Shown piece by piece: positions 47,163-57,367 of a DNA stretch of 64,000 nt (within the stretch, counting starts at the first letter, position 1; every line of letters begins with the position of its first letter). The notes below the pieces were generated by a model. That model was not told the origin of the DNA and made no database searches. It worked only from the letters and a program-made list of their open reading frames with translations. The stretch covers positions 136 to 64,135 of the forward strand of contig JAXDBW010000042.1 of the NCBI GenBank assembly GCA_034678405.1, read 5' to 3'. Both the position numbers and the translations under genes were made by a program. The stretch comes from Patescibacteria group bacterium (GTDB taxonomy: Bacteria > Patescibacteriota > Patescibacteriia > UBA10025 > JAHIVO01).

Positions 47163-47984
47163 TCATTCCCAAACTTCGGTAAACTGAAATGTTTTGAATA
47201 TCATTTTGTTTATTTCAGAATTATTACCACGCAGCAGGTACGTGTGTCCTTTGAGTTCGAACAGATAATTCAGAGCTTCTCCCCCGATCGCCATTGACTC
47301 GGTCACCGACCAACCGGGTATCCCACTCGCATAAATCTTTTTCTTGGTTAACAACGTATCGACCACGTCACTAATTTTTTCATCGATCGGTGTCTGGTCT
47401 ACTGAAATATATGGATATGGATAGCTGCCGTCGATGGGGGCAATCGAAATAGTTGCGTTATCTTGATCAATGATGTTGTATGTCGGCGGGTAGGAAATCC
47501 TGTATGCATACTCCTCGTTCTCATACGTGAGCCAGTCAGAGGTGTCCACCGTCGTGCTGTCGGCATTCGCGTTGGTCGCCGAATTTGTATTGCCGTTTAT
47601 ATTCCCATTGGGATCAGCCACACAAAATGACACAGTCTCACCATAGTCTTCAATTTGTATCCACTGATCTATTTCGCATATTTCTCCTGATTCACAATCA
47701 CTATCGCTCTCACATAATTTGTGACATTTCTGATCACCGCCGACTGTCTCAACCGGTGCAGTACCATCCCATCGCAGCCCACCACTGACCGCATGATAGC
47801 AGTAGTACCCTTCGGGGCAGGAGTTAGACGTATAGGTGCATTCAGGTGTTTCAGCAACCGTAACAGCTGCATCGTTCCCCTCCTCATTATCCTTCACTAC
47901 AAATGCCGCAGTGAGCATGAGCACGGTGATGAGGAAGATAAAACCAATGATGATGGTATAGGTGTAGCCTTTTTGGGTGGTCAT
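47163..47984 (-). CDS. Cys-rich secreted protein with a pilin-like N-terminus
   Basis: Basic leader ending in QKG, then YTYTIIIGFIFLITVLMLTAA, which resembles a class III/prepilin signal. 14 Cys in the mature part. Paralogous N-terminus with the next gene. Confidence 0.55.
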   Translation of the reverse strand: MTTQKGYTYTIIIGFIFLITVLMLTAAFVVKDNEEGNDAAVTVAETPECTYTSNSCPEGYYCYHAVSGGLRWDGTAPVETVGGDQKCHKLCESDSDCESGEICEIDQWIQIEDYGETVSFCVADPNGNINGNTNSATNANADSTTVDTSDWLTYENEEYAYRISYPPTYNIIDQDNATISIAPIDGSYPYPYISVDQTPIDEKISDVVDTLLTKKKIYASGIPGWSVTESMAIGGEALNYLFELKGHTYLLRGNNSEINKMIFKTFQFTEVWE

Positions 47985-47994
47985 AGAGTGATTA

Positions 47995-49440
47995 TTATTC
48001 AAAACAAGTTAAGATAGTCGTGGGTGTCACGTCATCGACGAGTTCACCACTGCGATACACATCATAGTAACTCGCTGGCGTAAACGTGAAATCGCCACAG
48101 GCGGGTACCTGCCGAGCGCTATCCAGGAGCTGCTCATAGCGCTCATTGCTGGCAGCCTGATCCGCCGGGCATGGCTCGCCACATTCGGCAAATGTCTCCT
48201 GTCCTGTCTTGGTGACTGTTTTTGTCCCCAGATATATGTCATATGTCGCCATCGCTCCAAACCCAGCATCACCGCCCGCAAAGGCCATATGCATGATATT
48301 ACTATCGGGATCAAAAGAGGTAAATCGCAAGGCGGCTAAATAAATGAATTCCAACTGGTCATAGATATTGTGTATCAGTAATTCCTGTGTGCCGGCTGAA
48401 ATAGTATATTTATACAAATCGCACTGGCGATATTGGGCATATTCCGCTCCCTGCCCGCTACTCTGGCAGGGTCCCTGCAAATAATACAGCCGGTCAGGCG
48501 CTACCAGGTAGATATTTCTAATCGAACTCTCTGTATTATCCTCACCACTGAAAAGTATAGATGATGCCCCTGAACTGATAGTATAGACACCGACGCTATG
48601 ATACGTGCTGTCCCCAGGCTCTTTCGTGATGTAGTACACCTTCCCGTCATGATACGCGGCCCGGTTATTAGTCGAGCGCATGAGCAACGTCGCTATTTCG
48701 GACGTCTGTCCATCGGACGACATCTTTTTCAGCGCAGCATATGATGACTGGTTTTGGTGCGTCGGTGGGTCGAGATACAGAAATCCGCCATCCGGCGACG
48801 TCGCGGTGGTACTGCTGACTGGCGTGGCAATTACCGTATACTCACTACCCAGTCCGAGATCGGCCGCGTCAAGGTTCTGAAACATGGTCATAAACATCGA
48901 CCGATACGTTTCGTCATCACAGGTAATTTGCTGCCCATCGATAGAATCATACGCCCGACACAATACATGGTCAGTATCTCCATCATAGAGCCCAAAAAAG
49001 TATGAGGCATCTGGGCAACTCCCTGACCGGCTCCATGCCACCAGCGCATCATCAATCACGAATAGCGCGTTGCGTTTATCATTGCATGTAGAATTCTCAG
49101 CAATCTGCCGAAACGGCGCGAGATCCACGGTCGTCACGTCAGACTCGGTCGGCACACATTTGAGCATAGTGGCCGGACAGTCAGACATCCCTTTCTCTGG
49201 ACAGGGCCCCCAGCCCCGCGACGTCACTTCAAATTCATACCCTGCGGGGCAGGTGCATGCCACCGGTGCCACGGCGGTATGTGAATACTCGAGACTCAGG
49301 TCGCAAACCTGAGTTTGATTGGTCGGGCCAGTATTGCTACCATTCTCCTGCACCACCAGCGCGGCAGTGAGCATCAGCACCGTGATGAGGAAAATGATAC
49401 CGATGATGATGGTATAAGCGTAGCCACGCTGGGATGTCAT
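47995..49440 (-). CDS. Cys-rich secreted protein with a pilin-like N-terminus
   Basis: The start chosen, MTSQRGYAYTIIIGIIFLITVLMLTAALVV at 49440, is nearly identical to the N-terminus of the neighbouring gene. The ORF track extends upstream to 49578. Confidence 0.55.
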   Translation of the reverse strand: MTSQRGYAYTIIIGIIFLITVLMLTAALVVQENGSNTGPTNQTQVCDLSLEYSHTAVAPVACTCPAGYEFEVTSRGWGPCPEKGMSDCPATMLKCVPTESDVTTVDLAPFRQIAENSTCNDKRNALFVIDDALVAWSRSGSCPDASYFFGLYDGDTDHVLCRAYDSIDGQQITCDDETYRSMFMTMFQNLDAADLGLGSEYTVIATPVSSTTATSPDGGFLYLDPPTHQNQSSYAALKKMSSDGQTSEIATLLMRSTNNRAAYHDGKVYYITKEPGDSTYHSVGVYTISSGASSILFSGEDNTESSIRNIYLVAPDRLYYLQGPCQSSGQGAEYAQYRQCDLYKYTISAGTQELLIHNIYDQLEFIYLAALRFTSFDPDSNIMHMAFAGGDAGFGAMATYDIYLGTKTVTKTGQETFAECGEPCPADQAASNERYEQLLDSARQVPACGDFTFTPASYYDVYRSGELVDDVTPTTILTCFE

Positions 49441-49444
49441 ACGA

Positions 49445-50353
49445 TTAACTTGTGATGGTGAATGAATTGACCATACTCTCAAAGTCCTGAGAATACTGGG
49501 TCGCTGGATCGTACGGGTAATGCGATATGATGTACACCGTGTCTCCGTCGAAATAGTAATATGTTTCGACATTGCCACTCGCCTCTCCGGCCGGGATGAC
49601 GGCGCGATACATACTCAGGCCATTTCGGGTCACCCAGCCCTCCTCCAGAGTGCCGTCTGGGCCATCGTCGATGGTATCGATGAATTCTGCCTGAGTAGTG
49701 ACATCAGATCGATAGTCACTGAATGTTGTTTTGTGGATGGTAAACTGGGGGCCAAAGGCATATCCCTCAGTCGCGCCGGATAGCTCTGGGCTTTCCTCTG
49801 TCGGCAGCCAGACCTGATCATGAAGATACCATCCGTCGGGGGTCGTGAATGAATAGCCGTCCTCACTAGCATACTGCCGTGAGTCGACGGTGCTGGCATT
49901 CGCATTTTCTGTCTCGCTACAGTTTTCTTCCCATTCCCGTAAGCACTTCTGTTTAGCTTCGCACCAGGTATAGCCAGCGCTGGGGATGCAGCCGTGTTCA
50001 TCGCGATCACCGCCGAGAATCGCGTCGTTTACATTAGTATCAGTGTTCACATTCTCCTGCACACCCGTCCCATCAGGCTGCTGAGTGACACACTGAGCGG
50101 CGACACACGCACAGGTCGTGCCCGATGGCAGGACATATGATATATCTACTTTACCAATCTTCAGTGGCACGGTGCTCCAGCAACCTGCGGTCGACCCTGT
50201 CTCAACCAGGGTGCACTCGCTGGTAGCGAGGCATGCCGTATCTCCCCCCACGGTCCAGTCAGTAAAGAGCACCGCGGCCCCTCCCGCCAATAGGATGACA
50301 ACCAGTACACTTATAATGATACTGGTTTTGGTAAAACCTTGTGAAGTAGTCAT
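49445..50353 (-). CDS. Cys-rich secreted protein with a pilin-like N-terminus
   Basis: MTTSQGFTKTSIIISVLVVILLAGGAAVLF, which is the G|FT prepilin-like arrangement. Confidence 0.5.
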   Translation of the reverse strand: MTTSQGFTKTSIIISVLVVILLAGGAAVLFTDWTVGGDTACLATSECTLVETGSTAGCWSTVPLKIGKVDISYVLPSGTTCACVAAQCVTQQPDGTGVQENVNTDTNVNDAILGGDRDEHGCIPSAGYTWCEAKQKCLREWEENCSETENANASTVDSRQYASEDGYSFTTPDGWYLHDQVWLPTEESPELSGATEGYAFGPQFTIHKTTFSDYRSDVTTQAEFIDTIDDGPDGTLEEGWVTRNGLSMYRAVIPAGEASGNVETYYYFDGDTVYIISHYPYDPATQYSQDFESMVNSFTITS

Positions 50354-50376
50354 AGTATCGTCTGGTAATGTGATAA

Positions 50377-51162
50377 CTATGGCAAGTCTATGGTCTCGAG
50401 GATTTCTTTGGCGGTCTCATACTCCGGCTGATCCACGAGGTTATTCGCTTCACAGGCGGTGTAGTCAGCAAACTCGAGATCGGTACTACAGCTGAAATAC
50501 GACTGGAAGACAAAGCCCTTGATCTCCGTCGTCCCCGCCACAGTCGGATCATCACCAAATACTTCATTGACCTGACCCTCATAGACGAGATTGGCCAGCT
50601 GGACAGACTCACCCTCGATAGTAATCGTCTCCCCGCTCTTCACCTCTCCCGCACCAATGCCGGTCCGTCCAAGGATACCACCATCATCGCCGGGCAGCAT
50701 CAACCCTACCATCAGCCGGTACTGATTGTCCGGGCTATAGAATTTAAGATAGCGGATGGGAAACTCGGTAAATGTTTCGTCCGTAGTCACTTCCTCATAC
50801 TCCTCAGTCCAGTCGCAAGGATACTGGACGGTATAGCCATATTCTGCATTCGTATACGTATGCCACGGACAGGCCGTCGAGGCTGATGCATTTGTATTAG
50901 TTGTGTCAGAATTCACATTTTCATTTGTTGCGGTGGCCACGTTGGCATTCTCATTGGTCGTCGTATTCACGTTTTGATTTGCATTGAAGTTTGCAGTGTT
51001 TGTATTGGCAGTGGCATGCGTCGCGCTATTGGTCGGCGCGATGTCATCGGCCTTATATTTGATCAAATAATATGCCGCGCCAACCATACCGAGCGCCACC
51101 AGAGCAATGGTAACCGCGGCTACAATGTGGATAAAACCCCGTTCTTTTTTCATAGGCCCCAT
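50377..51162 (-). CDS. Secreted/membrane-anchored protein with a pilin-like N-terminus
   Basis: MKKERGFIHIVAAVTIALVALGMVGAAYYLI and an N-rich low-complexity stretch. Confidence 0.5.
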   Translation of the reverse strand: MGPMKKERGFIHIVAAVTIALVALGMVGAAYYLIKYKADDIAPTNSATHATANTNTANFNANQNVNTTTNENANVATATNENVNSDTTNTNASASTACPWHTYTNAEYGYTVQYPCDWTEEYEEVTTDETFTEFPIRYLKFYSPDNQYRLMVGLMLPGDDGGILGRTGIGAGEVKSGETITIEGESVQLANLVYEGQVNEVFGDDPTVAGTTEIKGFVFQSYFSCSTDLEFADYTACEANNLVDQPEYETAKEILETIDLP

Positions 51163-51171
51163 ACTTATTAA

Positions 51172-51558
51172 TTATTTTTGTAATACCTTATTAACTTCGT
51201 TAACGACATCGGCGAGATGCCAGTCTGTTTTGACCAGATAGCCGCGCGCTCCCTGCTCGATGGCTCGGGTGATCTCATCCCCACCCCCGAGATTGCTGAG
51301 CATGATAACTTTGGCCGTCCTACCCCAGTCATCTTCCCGGAGTTTCTGCAGCATCGTGATACCGTCCATCACCGGCATCACGATATCGAGCAGGATGACG
51401 TCCGGATGCTCGGCTAGCGCGGCGCCGAGACCTTCTTCGCCGTTTTGGGCCTCGAGGACACGAAAATCCTCATGCATAAATTTCACGCGAAGTGCATCAC
51501 GCAATATTTTCTCATCCTCGACGATCAGGACGGTCGCCGTATTCATAGTCAATGACAA
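51172..51558 (-). CDS. Single-domain response regulator (CheY-like receiver)
   Basis: VLIVEDE...D for the acidic pocket, phospho-acceptor Asp in ILLDIVMP, and KVIMLSN. Confidence 0.85.
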   Translation of the reverse strand: MSLTMNTATVLIVEDEKILRDALRVKFMHEDFRVLEAQNGEEGLGAALAEHPDVILLDIVMPVMDGITMLQKLREDDWGRTAKVIMLSNLGGGDEITRAIEQGARGYLVKTDWHLADVVNEVNKVLQK

Positions 51559-51580
51559 CTAATAATTATCGTATCCGGAG

Positions 51581-52525
51581 TTATTCCCCCGCGGGGACGA
51601 CGTCCCCATTGTGTAATTTCTGACAAACGTTTTGGATACAATCCACGCTATACTCGCTATTCTGCTGTGAATTAGGGCAGTACGGAGTTGAGTACTGAGG
51701 ACAGCTCGGGACAGTATCAGAGCACTGCGTCTGGGTTTCTGCCCGGAGATCCACATATGACTCGGTATTCACCGCCACGAAATTCGGATCGCTGTATTCG
51801 ATACAATTAGGCGGCGTGCAGCAATCGGCGTGATCATAGGCGGCATCGACGAGTGAGCAATCGTCGGCCGTGACACAACTCGTCCCGACAGTCCCATTGG
51901 AAAGGGAGACCGTGCCGGCAGTTGTGGTAATCACCACGCTGTTGGTATTTGCGTCTGTTGTCGCATTAATATTGGCTGATGAATTGGTATTATTGGGTGG
52001 GGTACAGTATCCCGCTCCACATGTCGACCCAGTGGCCGTATTGACGGATTTAATAGTCCGATCAATCTCCTGATCAGTGAGGCTAGTGTCACGAGGAAGA
52101 AACAGAGCGGCGTATACCACCGCCGTAAATGAAAGAAGGGTGATCAAGACCAACACCAGCCACACAGCTGTGTGATGACGATGATGCCGGGCGGGCAGGT
52201 CCACTTGCGGCACCGGTACCTTAGTCATATTAAATTTCTCCGGGACGAGCCGTGACGGGGTAACTGGCGTGGCCTGAGACTTCGGTGTGGCGATGACTGT
52301 TGGTTTCTGAGTGCGGGCGGTCGGCTGCGTAGTCCGCGGAGCCTTCTGCCGTGGAGTGACCTGCGACGCGCTGCGCTTCCGCTTCGGAATGGCTTTCTTT
52401 CTGGTGGTGGTTTTTTTTCCGGCAGAGCCGGATCCAGCTTTGCCGGATTTCTTCTTTGTGGTGGCAGTTGTACTTTTTTTCATTGCTGCTATGCTGTTAC
52501 TCCGCGTTAGTCGGGGCTGCGGCAA
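51581..52525 (-). CDS. Hypothetical membrane protein with a basic S/T/K-rich N-terminus and a Cys-rich ectodomain
   Basis: 314 aa with one TM segment (VWLVLVLITLLSFTAVVYAALF) and 12 Cys in the C-terminal half. Confidence 0.5.
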   Translation of the reverse strand: MPQPRLTRSNSIAAMKKSTTATTKKKSGKAGSGSAGKKTTTRKKAIPKRKRSASQVTPRQKAPRTTQPTARTQKPTVIATPKSQATPVTPSRLVPEKFNMTKVPVPQVDLPARHHRHHTAVWLVLVLITLLSFTAVVYAALFLPRDTSLTDQEIDRTIKSVNTATGSTCGAGYCTPPNNTNSSANINATTDANTNSVVITTTAGTVSLSNGTVGTSCVTADDCSLVDAAYDHADCCTPPNCIEYSDPNFVAVNTESYVDLRAETQTQCSDTVPSCPQYSTPYCPNSQQNSEYSVDCIQNVCQKLHNGDVVPAGE

Positions 52526-53048
52526 TCATGACATTCCATGATCCCGCCCCTCCAGGGATATAGATCGCTTCACCCTCAGCTCCACGCATATCGACGGTAT
52601 CAACATACACGCTGAGTGCGGTCACGACGTCAGGACTCCCGAGGGCTGGCTCAGTGAAGTTCCACATGACCGTCTGCGCATCGTCACTTACTGACATCAC
52701 GCCCGGGACACGCTCATCGATACCCTGCAGGACATAAAAATTAGTTGTGGTAATGGTGGCGGGGTTAATTGGTTTCGAGAATGTCAGTGATACCGCTGCT
52801 ATCTCAGCACTCACGCTCTCTGCCTCGGGCGTCGTGCCGGTGAGGTAGATATCCCCGGATGAATCATTGATCACTATGGTATTCGGATTCGTCTCATCAG
52901 TCATCGTAGTCGGTGCGGATGCCTTTTGGATAAATAAGAAATATATTGCAAACAGGAATCCGAGAATAATGATAGCCCCCACCCCGAGCCAGAGCTTGCG
53001 CTTGGCTGCCTGGACCCGAGGATCGATTGGTTGCGGATTGTTTTGCAT
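52497..53048 (-). CDS. Hypothetical membrane-anchored protein
   Basis: 183 aa with an N-terminal TM segment. It overlaps the downstream gene by 29 nt. Confidence 0.45.
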   Translation of the reverse strand: MQNNPQPIDPRVQAAKRKLWLGVGAIIILGFLFAIYFLFIQKASAPTTMTDETNPNTIVINDSSGDIYLTGTTPEAESVSAEIAAVSLTFSKPINPATITTTNFYVLQGIDERVPGVMSVSDDAQTVMWNFTEPALGSPDVVTALSVYVDTVDMRGAEGEAIYIPGGAGSWNVMIAAAPTNAE

Positions 53049-53114
53049 AGTACATACAGTATACCAAAAACCGCCGTCAGTGTGTACCGGCGGCGGCCGT
53101 GATATAGTCGCAGA

Positions 53115-53933
53115 CTATTCTGCTCGATTGAAACTCCAAAACGCAAGGATAAACATCACTAGCCCAAAGGCGAGGATGACCAGCATATTCTCGGTCGAGG
53201 AATGGAGCAGGATCGAGTCCAGCACCTGCTTCGGCGCGTCAGTGAAGACCACTCGCCGCAGCCCATCCACCGCATAGGTCAGCGGATTGACAGTAGAGAG
53301 GACTTCCATCCATTTCGGCACATTGGTCAGGGAGAAAAACGCGCCTGAGAGGAACATCATCGGGAAGAAGAGAAACTGAAAGACAAATTGGAACCCCTCC
53401 GCATTCCGCATCCGCGAGGCGATGAAGAGCCCGAGCGCCGTCACGGCAAATGACAGGAGGAGCGCGAAGAAGAGAATGCCGGGAATGGTCGACCACACGA
53501 TGTCGAGCCCGAAGAGGGGCGACAGGGCGATCAGGAGGACGGCCTGGAAGAGACCAATCACGATGCCCGAGAGCACCTTGCCAAACATGATCGAGGCTCG
53601 CGAGACGGGCGCGACGAGGATTTCCTTCAGGAAACCAAACTCCCGATCGGTTACGATCGAAATCGAGGTATTCAGCGCGACACCGAGCGTGGTCGTGGCG
53701 ATAATGCCGGGGAACATAAACTGGACGAAATTGAACCCGATACCCGGTCCCCCGCCCATGGATATGGTCGCCTCGAGTCCGACGCCGAAGATGCCGAGGA
53801 AAATGACCGGTTGCATCACCGAGCCGATGATTCGAGCTTTGTCTTTGAAAAACCGGAGCAGATCACGCATGAAGATATTACGCACCGAGCGGAGCTCCAG
53901 GGCAAATCCTGTTGTATTGGTAGTAGTTGTCAT
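53115..53933 (-). CDS. ABC-2 family transporter permease
   Basis: 272 aa with 6 TM segments and an ABC-2-like N-terminus (RDLLRFFKDKARIIGSVMQP). Confidence 0.8.
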   Translation of the reverse strand: MTTTTNTTGFALELRSVRNIFMRDLLRFFKDKARIIGSVMQPVIFLGIFGVGLEATISMGGGPGIGFNFVQFMFPGIIATTTLGVALNTSISIVTDREFGFLKEILVAPVSRASIMFGKVLSGIVIGLFQAVLLIALSPLFGLDIVWSTIPGILFFALLLSFAVTALGLFIASRMRNAEGFQFVFQFLFFPMMFLSGAFFSLTNVPKWMEVLSTVNPLTYAVDGLRRVVFTDAPKQVLDSILLHSSTENMLVILAFGLVMFILAFWSFNRAE

Positions 53934-54922
53934 CGTCTAAATCCTCTCTTCCTTAAAAAGTTTTTAGATTTCTCAGCGGCACTTGGCGCTTCATCCCGGA
54001 TCTTCGACCCCGTGAGTTTGATGAAGACATCATCAAGCGTCGGCTGCTTGAGTTCGATTGACTGCACTTGCTGGGGGAGCTCACGAATCAGTTTCGGTAG
54101 AACTTCATCGCCATCCTTTACGACTGCTTTTATCTTTTTCTCATCGATCCGGACGTCCTGAGAAAAATGATCCTTGATGTATGCGATGGCCTGATCGTTA
54201 TTGTCGGTCTGCATGGTAATGATATCACCGCCCACACCCTCTTTTAGTTTGTCAGGGGTATCCATAGCCACGATCTTTCCATGGTCAATGACGGCAATCC
54301 GGTCACAGTACTCGGCTTCATTGAGATAGTGAGTCGTCATGAAAAGGGTAATCTTCTCCTGCTTGGCGACTTTCAGGATGTACTGCCACATGGTCGCGCG
54401 GGTCTGCGGGTCGAGACCAATGGTTGGCTCATCGAGGAAGAGAATCTTCGGATAGTGGAGCATCCCGCGGACGATCTCGAGCCGTCGTTTCATCCCCCCG
54501 GAGAAATCCCGGACCGGCTTATTAGCCCGGTCAGCGAGATCGACCAGTTCGAGTAGCTCATGTGCTCGTTTCTTATACACACTCGAGGGTACACCATAGA
54601 ATTCCGCATGGAAGCGGAGATTCTGATAAGCGCTCAGTTCTTCGTCCAGGGTTGGCTCCTGGAATACCATGCCGATTGATTTTCGGACAGCGATACGCTC
54701 AGTCTTCACTGAGTGCCCGGCGATACGCGCCTCGCCGCTGGTGGGCTTGAGAAGCGTGGAGAACATTTTGATGGTAGTCGTCTTCCCGGCGCCATTTGGC
54801 CCGAGGAAACCAAACACCTCACCCTCCCGCACCGTGAAGCTGATCCCCTTTACCGCTTGGAAATCTTTAAACGAGCGGGTCAGGTTTTCGACTTCGATGA
54901 TTGTGGGGTTTGATTCGTTCAT
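53930..54922 (-). CDS. ABC transporter ATP-binding protein
   Basis: Walker A GPNGAGKTT, signature LSGGMKRRLEI, and Walker B ILFLDEPT. Confidence 0.92.
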   Translation of the reverse strand: MNESNPTIIEVENLTRSFKDFQAVKGISFTVREGEVFGFLGPNGAGKTTTIKMFSTLLKPTSGEARIAGHSVKTERIAVRKSIGMVFQEPTLDEELSAYQNLRFHAEFYGVPSSVYKKRAHELLELVDLADRANKPVRDFSGGMKRRLEIVRGMLHYPKILFLDEPTIGLDPQTRATMWQYILKVAKQEKITLFMTTHYLNEAEYCDRIAVIDHGKIVAMDTPDKLKEGVGGDIITMQTDNNDQAIAYIKDHFSQDVRIDEKKIKAVVKDGDEVLPKLIRELPQQVQSIELKQPTLDDVFIKLTGSKIRDEAPSAAEKSKNFLRKRGFRR

Positions 54923-55185
54923 GCGAGTTTTTGGATTTTTTTAAGCTTGTTAATAGTTTTCGATCCGGCCTTCACGTGTGATTCATACATGTTGATCATC
55001 TTGCCGATGTCTTGCTCGCGTACCAGGCCGATAATTGTGGAATGTTTGGTGAATACAACGAGTGAATCTCCCGGCTTGATATTGAGCTGGCGACGAAGTT
55101 TCGCAGGGATGACGATCTGCCCCTGGCTGGCGACGGTCACCGAACCATGGACGTCATACTGCATATGAGGGTTTTTCGGGGTCAT
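54919..55185 (-). CDS. AbrB/MazE/SpoVT-family DNA-binding protein
   Basis: VTVASQGQIVIPAKLRRQLNIKPGDSL is a swapped-hairpin SpoVT/AbrB motif. It overlaps the ABC ATPase start by 4 nt. Confidence 0.7.
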   Translation of the reverse strand: MTPKNPHMQYDVHGSVTVASQGQIVIPAKLRRQLNIKPGDSLVVFTKHSTIIGLVREQDIGKMINMYESHVKAGSKTINKLKKIQKLA

Positions 55186-55374
55186 AGGCGTTTCTATAGA
55201 ATATTATATATTTTATAGATTAGTATACTCCCCCGGGATGGCCCGTCAAGCACAAAAAAACGGGCATTTCTGTATACCCGTTTTAGTGATGTGTCTAGCA
55301 GCCGCAGCCACCGCCGCACGGACAGTCGCCATCTCCACCATGATTGTTATACATAGACATATTTATATAAATCA

Positions 55375-56427
55375 TTACTGCTCTAGTATACGCGAGGACG
55401 GCTCACCGGGCAACTCCGATTTCGTCGTCTCGCCGTTTGCGGGGACATCCTTGAGAAATTTCAATCCGACATTTGAGAGGAAGATGAGTCCAATTGCCAC
55501 TTTCACAAAATCAGCTGCCCGCAGCACCATAGTAAAGGCCACGCCGAGTGACGGTGTATACCCGAGCGCCCGGAAGACAATGGCCTGACTGGCCTCAAAC
55601 GAACCGAGTGAGGCTGGAATCGGGATAAGAAATGAAAGAATCATGAAAACCATCATCACGAGAATGTCGAGGAAATGGCCTGATATATTGAGGGCGTGGA
55701 GCACCACCATAAACTGGATAAAGATGACGATCCCCCCGAGCAAAGACAGGAGTAGGCCTTCGATAAATATTCTTGGTCGCCGTTGGAAGAATTGGATAAT
55801 GATACTCTCGAAGTACAACATTTTTTCAAAAAATTTGCTCAGCCGTTTGAATCGGTGGATCCGGAAAAATTTAAGAAATGATGAAAAAAAGCCAATACCG
55901 CGATACGTCTGCACATAGAAAAGCCCAAGTAAGACTACCAGAATGAAAAGGGTCGCCACAAACACACTAATCGCCTCCCAGCTAATCTGATAGGTAAACA
56001 TAGCATAGATGAGCGCCCCGATGAGGAAAGGTAAGGGATACGTAAAGTCCAGAATCTTGTCCACGATAATCGAGGCCATGCCCCGAGAGAGACGGATTTT
56101 TGTCTTGCGTTTCAGTAGATAGGCTCGGATAGGCTCCCCTCCGACGTAGGGGCCGGGGGTGATGAAGCTGATAGCAAACCCGACGAACTTCGGGGCGAGG
56201 AGATCACGAAACGTGACGTGGTCCCCCTGCGCTGCGAGTACCCGCTGCCACCGGTAAATAGTGATGGCAATCTGCAATAACCCGAGACCAATCACGACCA
56301 GTAAAATCTCCCAAGAGAATGAAGAAAAGACACGAACGATTTCATCCGTGCCAATATACAACACCACGCCAATGAATAGCGCGATACCCACCAGCGTGGA
56401 GACGATAAAGAGAAGGATTTTCTTCAT
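55375..56427 (-). CDS. Flippase-like / UPF0104 (MprF N-terminal-like) integral membrane protein
   Basis: 350 aa with about 8 TM segments. Motif R.L..K.VG.A.S..TPG..GGEP.RAYLL. Confidence 0.55.
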   Translation of the reverse strand: MKKILLFIVSTLVGIALFIGVVLYIGTDEIVRVFSSFSWEILLVVIGLGLLQIAITIYRWQRVLAAQGDHVTFRDLLAPKFVGFAISFITPGPYVGGEPIRAYLLKRKTKIRLSRGMASIIVDKILDFTYPLPFLIGALIYAMFTYQISWEAISVFVATLFILVVLLGLFYVQTYRGIGFFSSFLKFFRIHRFKRLSKFFEKMLYFESIIIQFFQRRPRIFIEGLLLSLLGGIVIFIQFMVVLHALNISGHFLDILVMMVFMILSFLIPIPASLGSFEASQAIVFRALGYTPSLGVAFTMVLRAADFVKVAIGLIFLSNVGLKFLKDVPANGETTKSELPGEPSSRILEQ

Positions 56428-56496
56428 GGAAACGAGATAGAGACAAAAAGAGGTCTGATAGACACTAGTATATCCTGTTTATCGCCGTTTTTCAAT

Positions 56497-57294
56497 CTAG
56501 TCGTTCGGATAGACGACAATCACCACTTTCGCGCCCATATCGACATCGCCGCCGTTCCAATCGTGCATTGCCTCCATCACCACATCGATGTCATAGACGT
56601 AATTCTCCCCTTTCCGCGTGCCGACGTCATTGGTGATAAAGGTATCAGTAGTATAGCCCCGCACCACGAACATATGATACAGCGGACCACCACTACGGAA
56701 ATTTGGATTTCCGAGCTGCTTACCGGCAGCCGGGATGATGACTGGGCGTCCTGCCGCGATGTGCCGCTTGATATCATCCACCGACGGATCCTGGATCACG
56801 TCGACACGATCATAGCCCCAGTAGTCACGGATAAACTGCGCGGTCTCAGCCGCGGTTGTGTCTTTATAGAACCCCAAATGCTCCTCCTCCCAGGCAACGA
56901 GATCAAGAATCTCTTTATCAGCGATTTCTGGTGTGAATGTCTGCGATTGATAATAATAGTGGACCGTTATAGCCGAAGCCTCTTCACAGGCCTCCTGATA
57001 CGGATAGTCCCAGTTCGCATGCGGTGCCTGGGTGGTAAACGGCACATTGAGATTGAGCTCGTCAGGGATGGCGACCGGCTCCGGCTCAGCTACCGGGTCA
57101 GTATTTACGTTTTCATCTACAGTATCCGGCTCGGTGTCGACATTGCGGAAGGCATCATAATTCACCGCCGGTGGGGCGGGGTCTTCCATCCATTGCTCCC
57201 AAACGTCAGTAATCCGGTGACGGCCGAGGAATACCAGGCCCGCCAGGATGAAGATAATGAGTATGAAATTTAGCCAAAATATGTGTTTACGCAT
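56497..57294 (-). CDS. C39-like (Peptidase_C39_2-type) cysteine peptidase domain protein, membrane-anchored
   Basis: N-terminal TM segment. Candidate catalytic Cys in YQEACEEASAIT and His in HMFVVRGY. It is a paralog of the gene at 63178. Confidence 0.55.
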   Translation of the reverse strand: MRKHIFWLNFILIIFILAGLVFLGRHRITDVWEQWMEDPAPPAVNYDAFRNVDTEPDTVDENVNTDPVAEPEPVAIPDELNLNVPFTTQAPHANWDYPYQEACEEASAITVHYYYQSQTFTPEIADKEILDLVAWEEEHLGFYKDTTAAETAQFIRDYWGYDRVDVIQDPSVDDIKRHIAAGRPVIIPAAGKQLGNPNFRSGGPLYHMFVVRGYTTDTFITNDVGTRKGENYVYDIDVVMEAMHDWNGGDVDMGAKVVIVVYPND

Positions 57295-57367
57295 GCGCCA
57301 ACGATTAGCCTCCTATTAACTCGGGACTATAGAGGAGTGGGCACAGAAAGTCAAGCGGACAACACGA

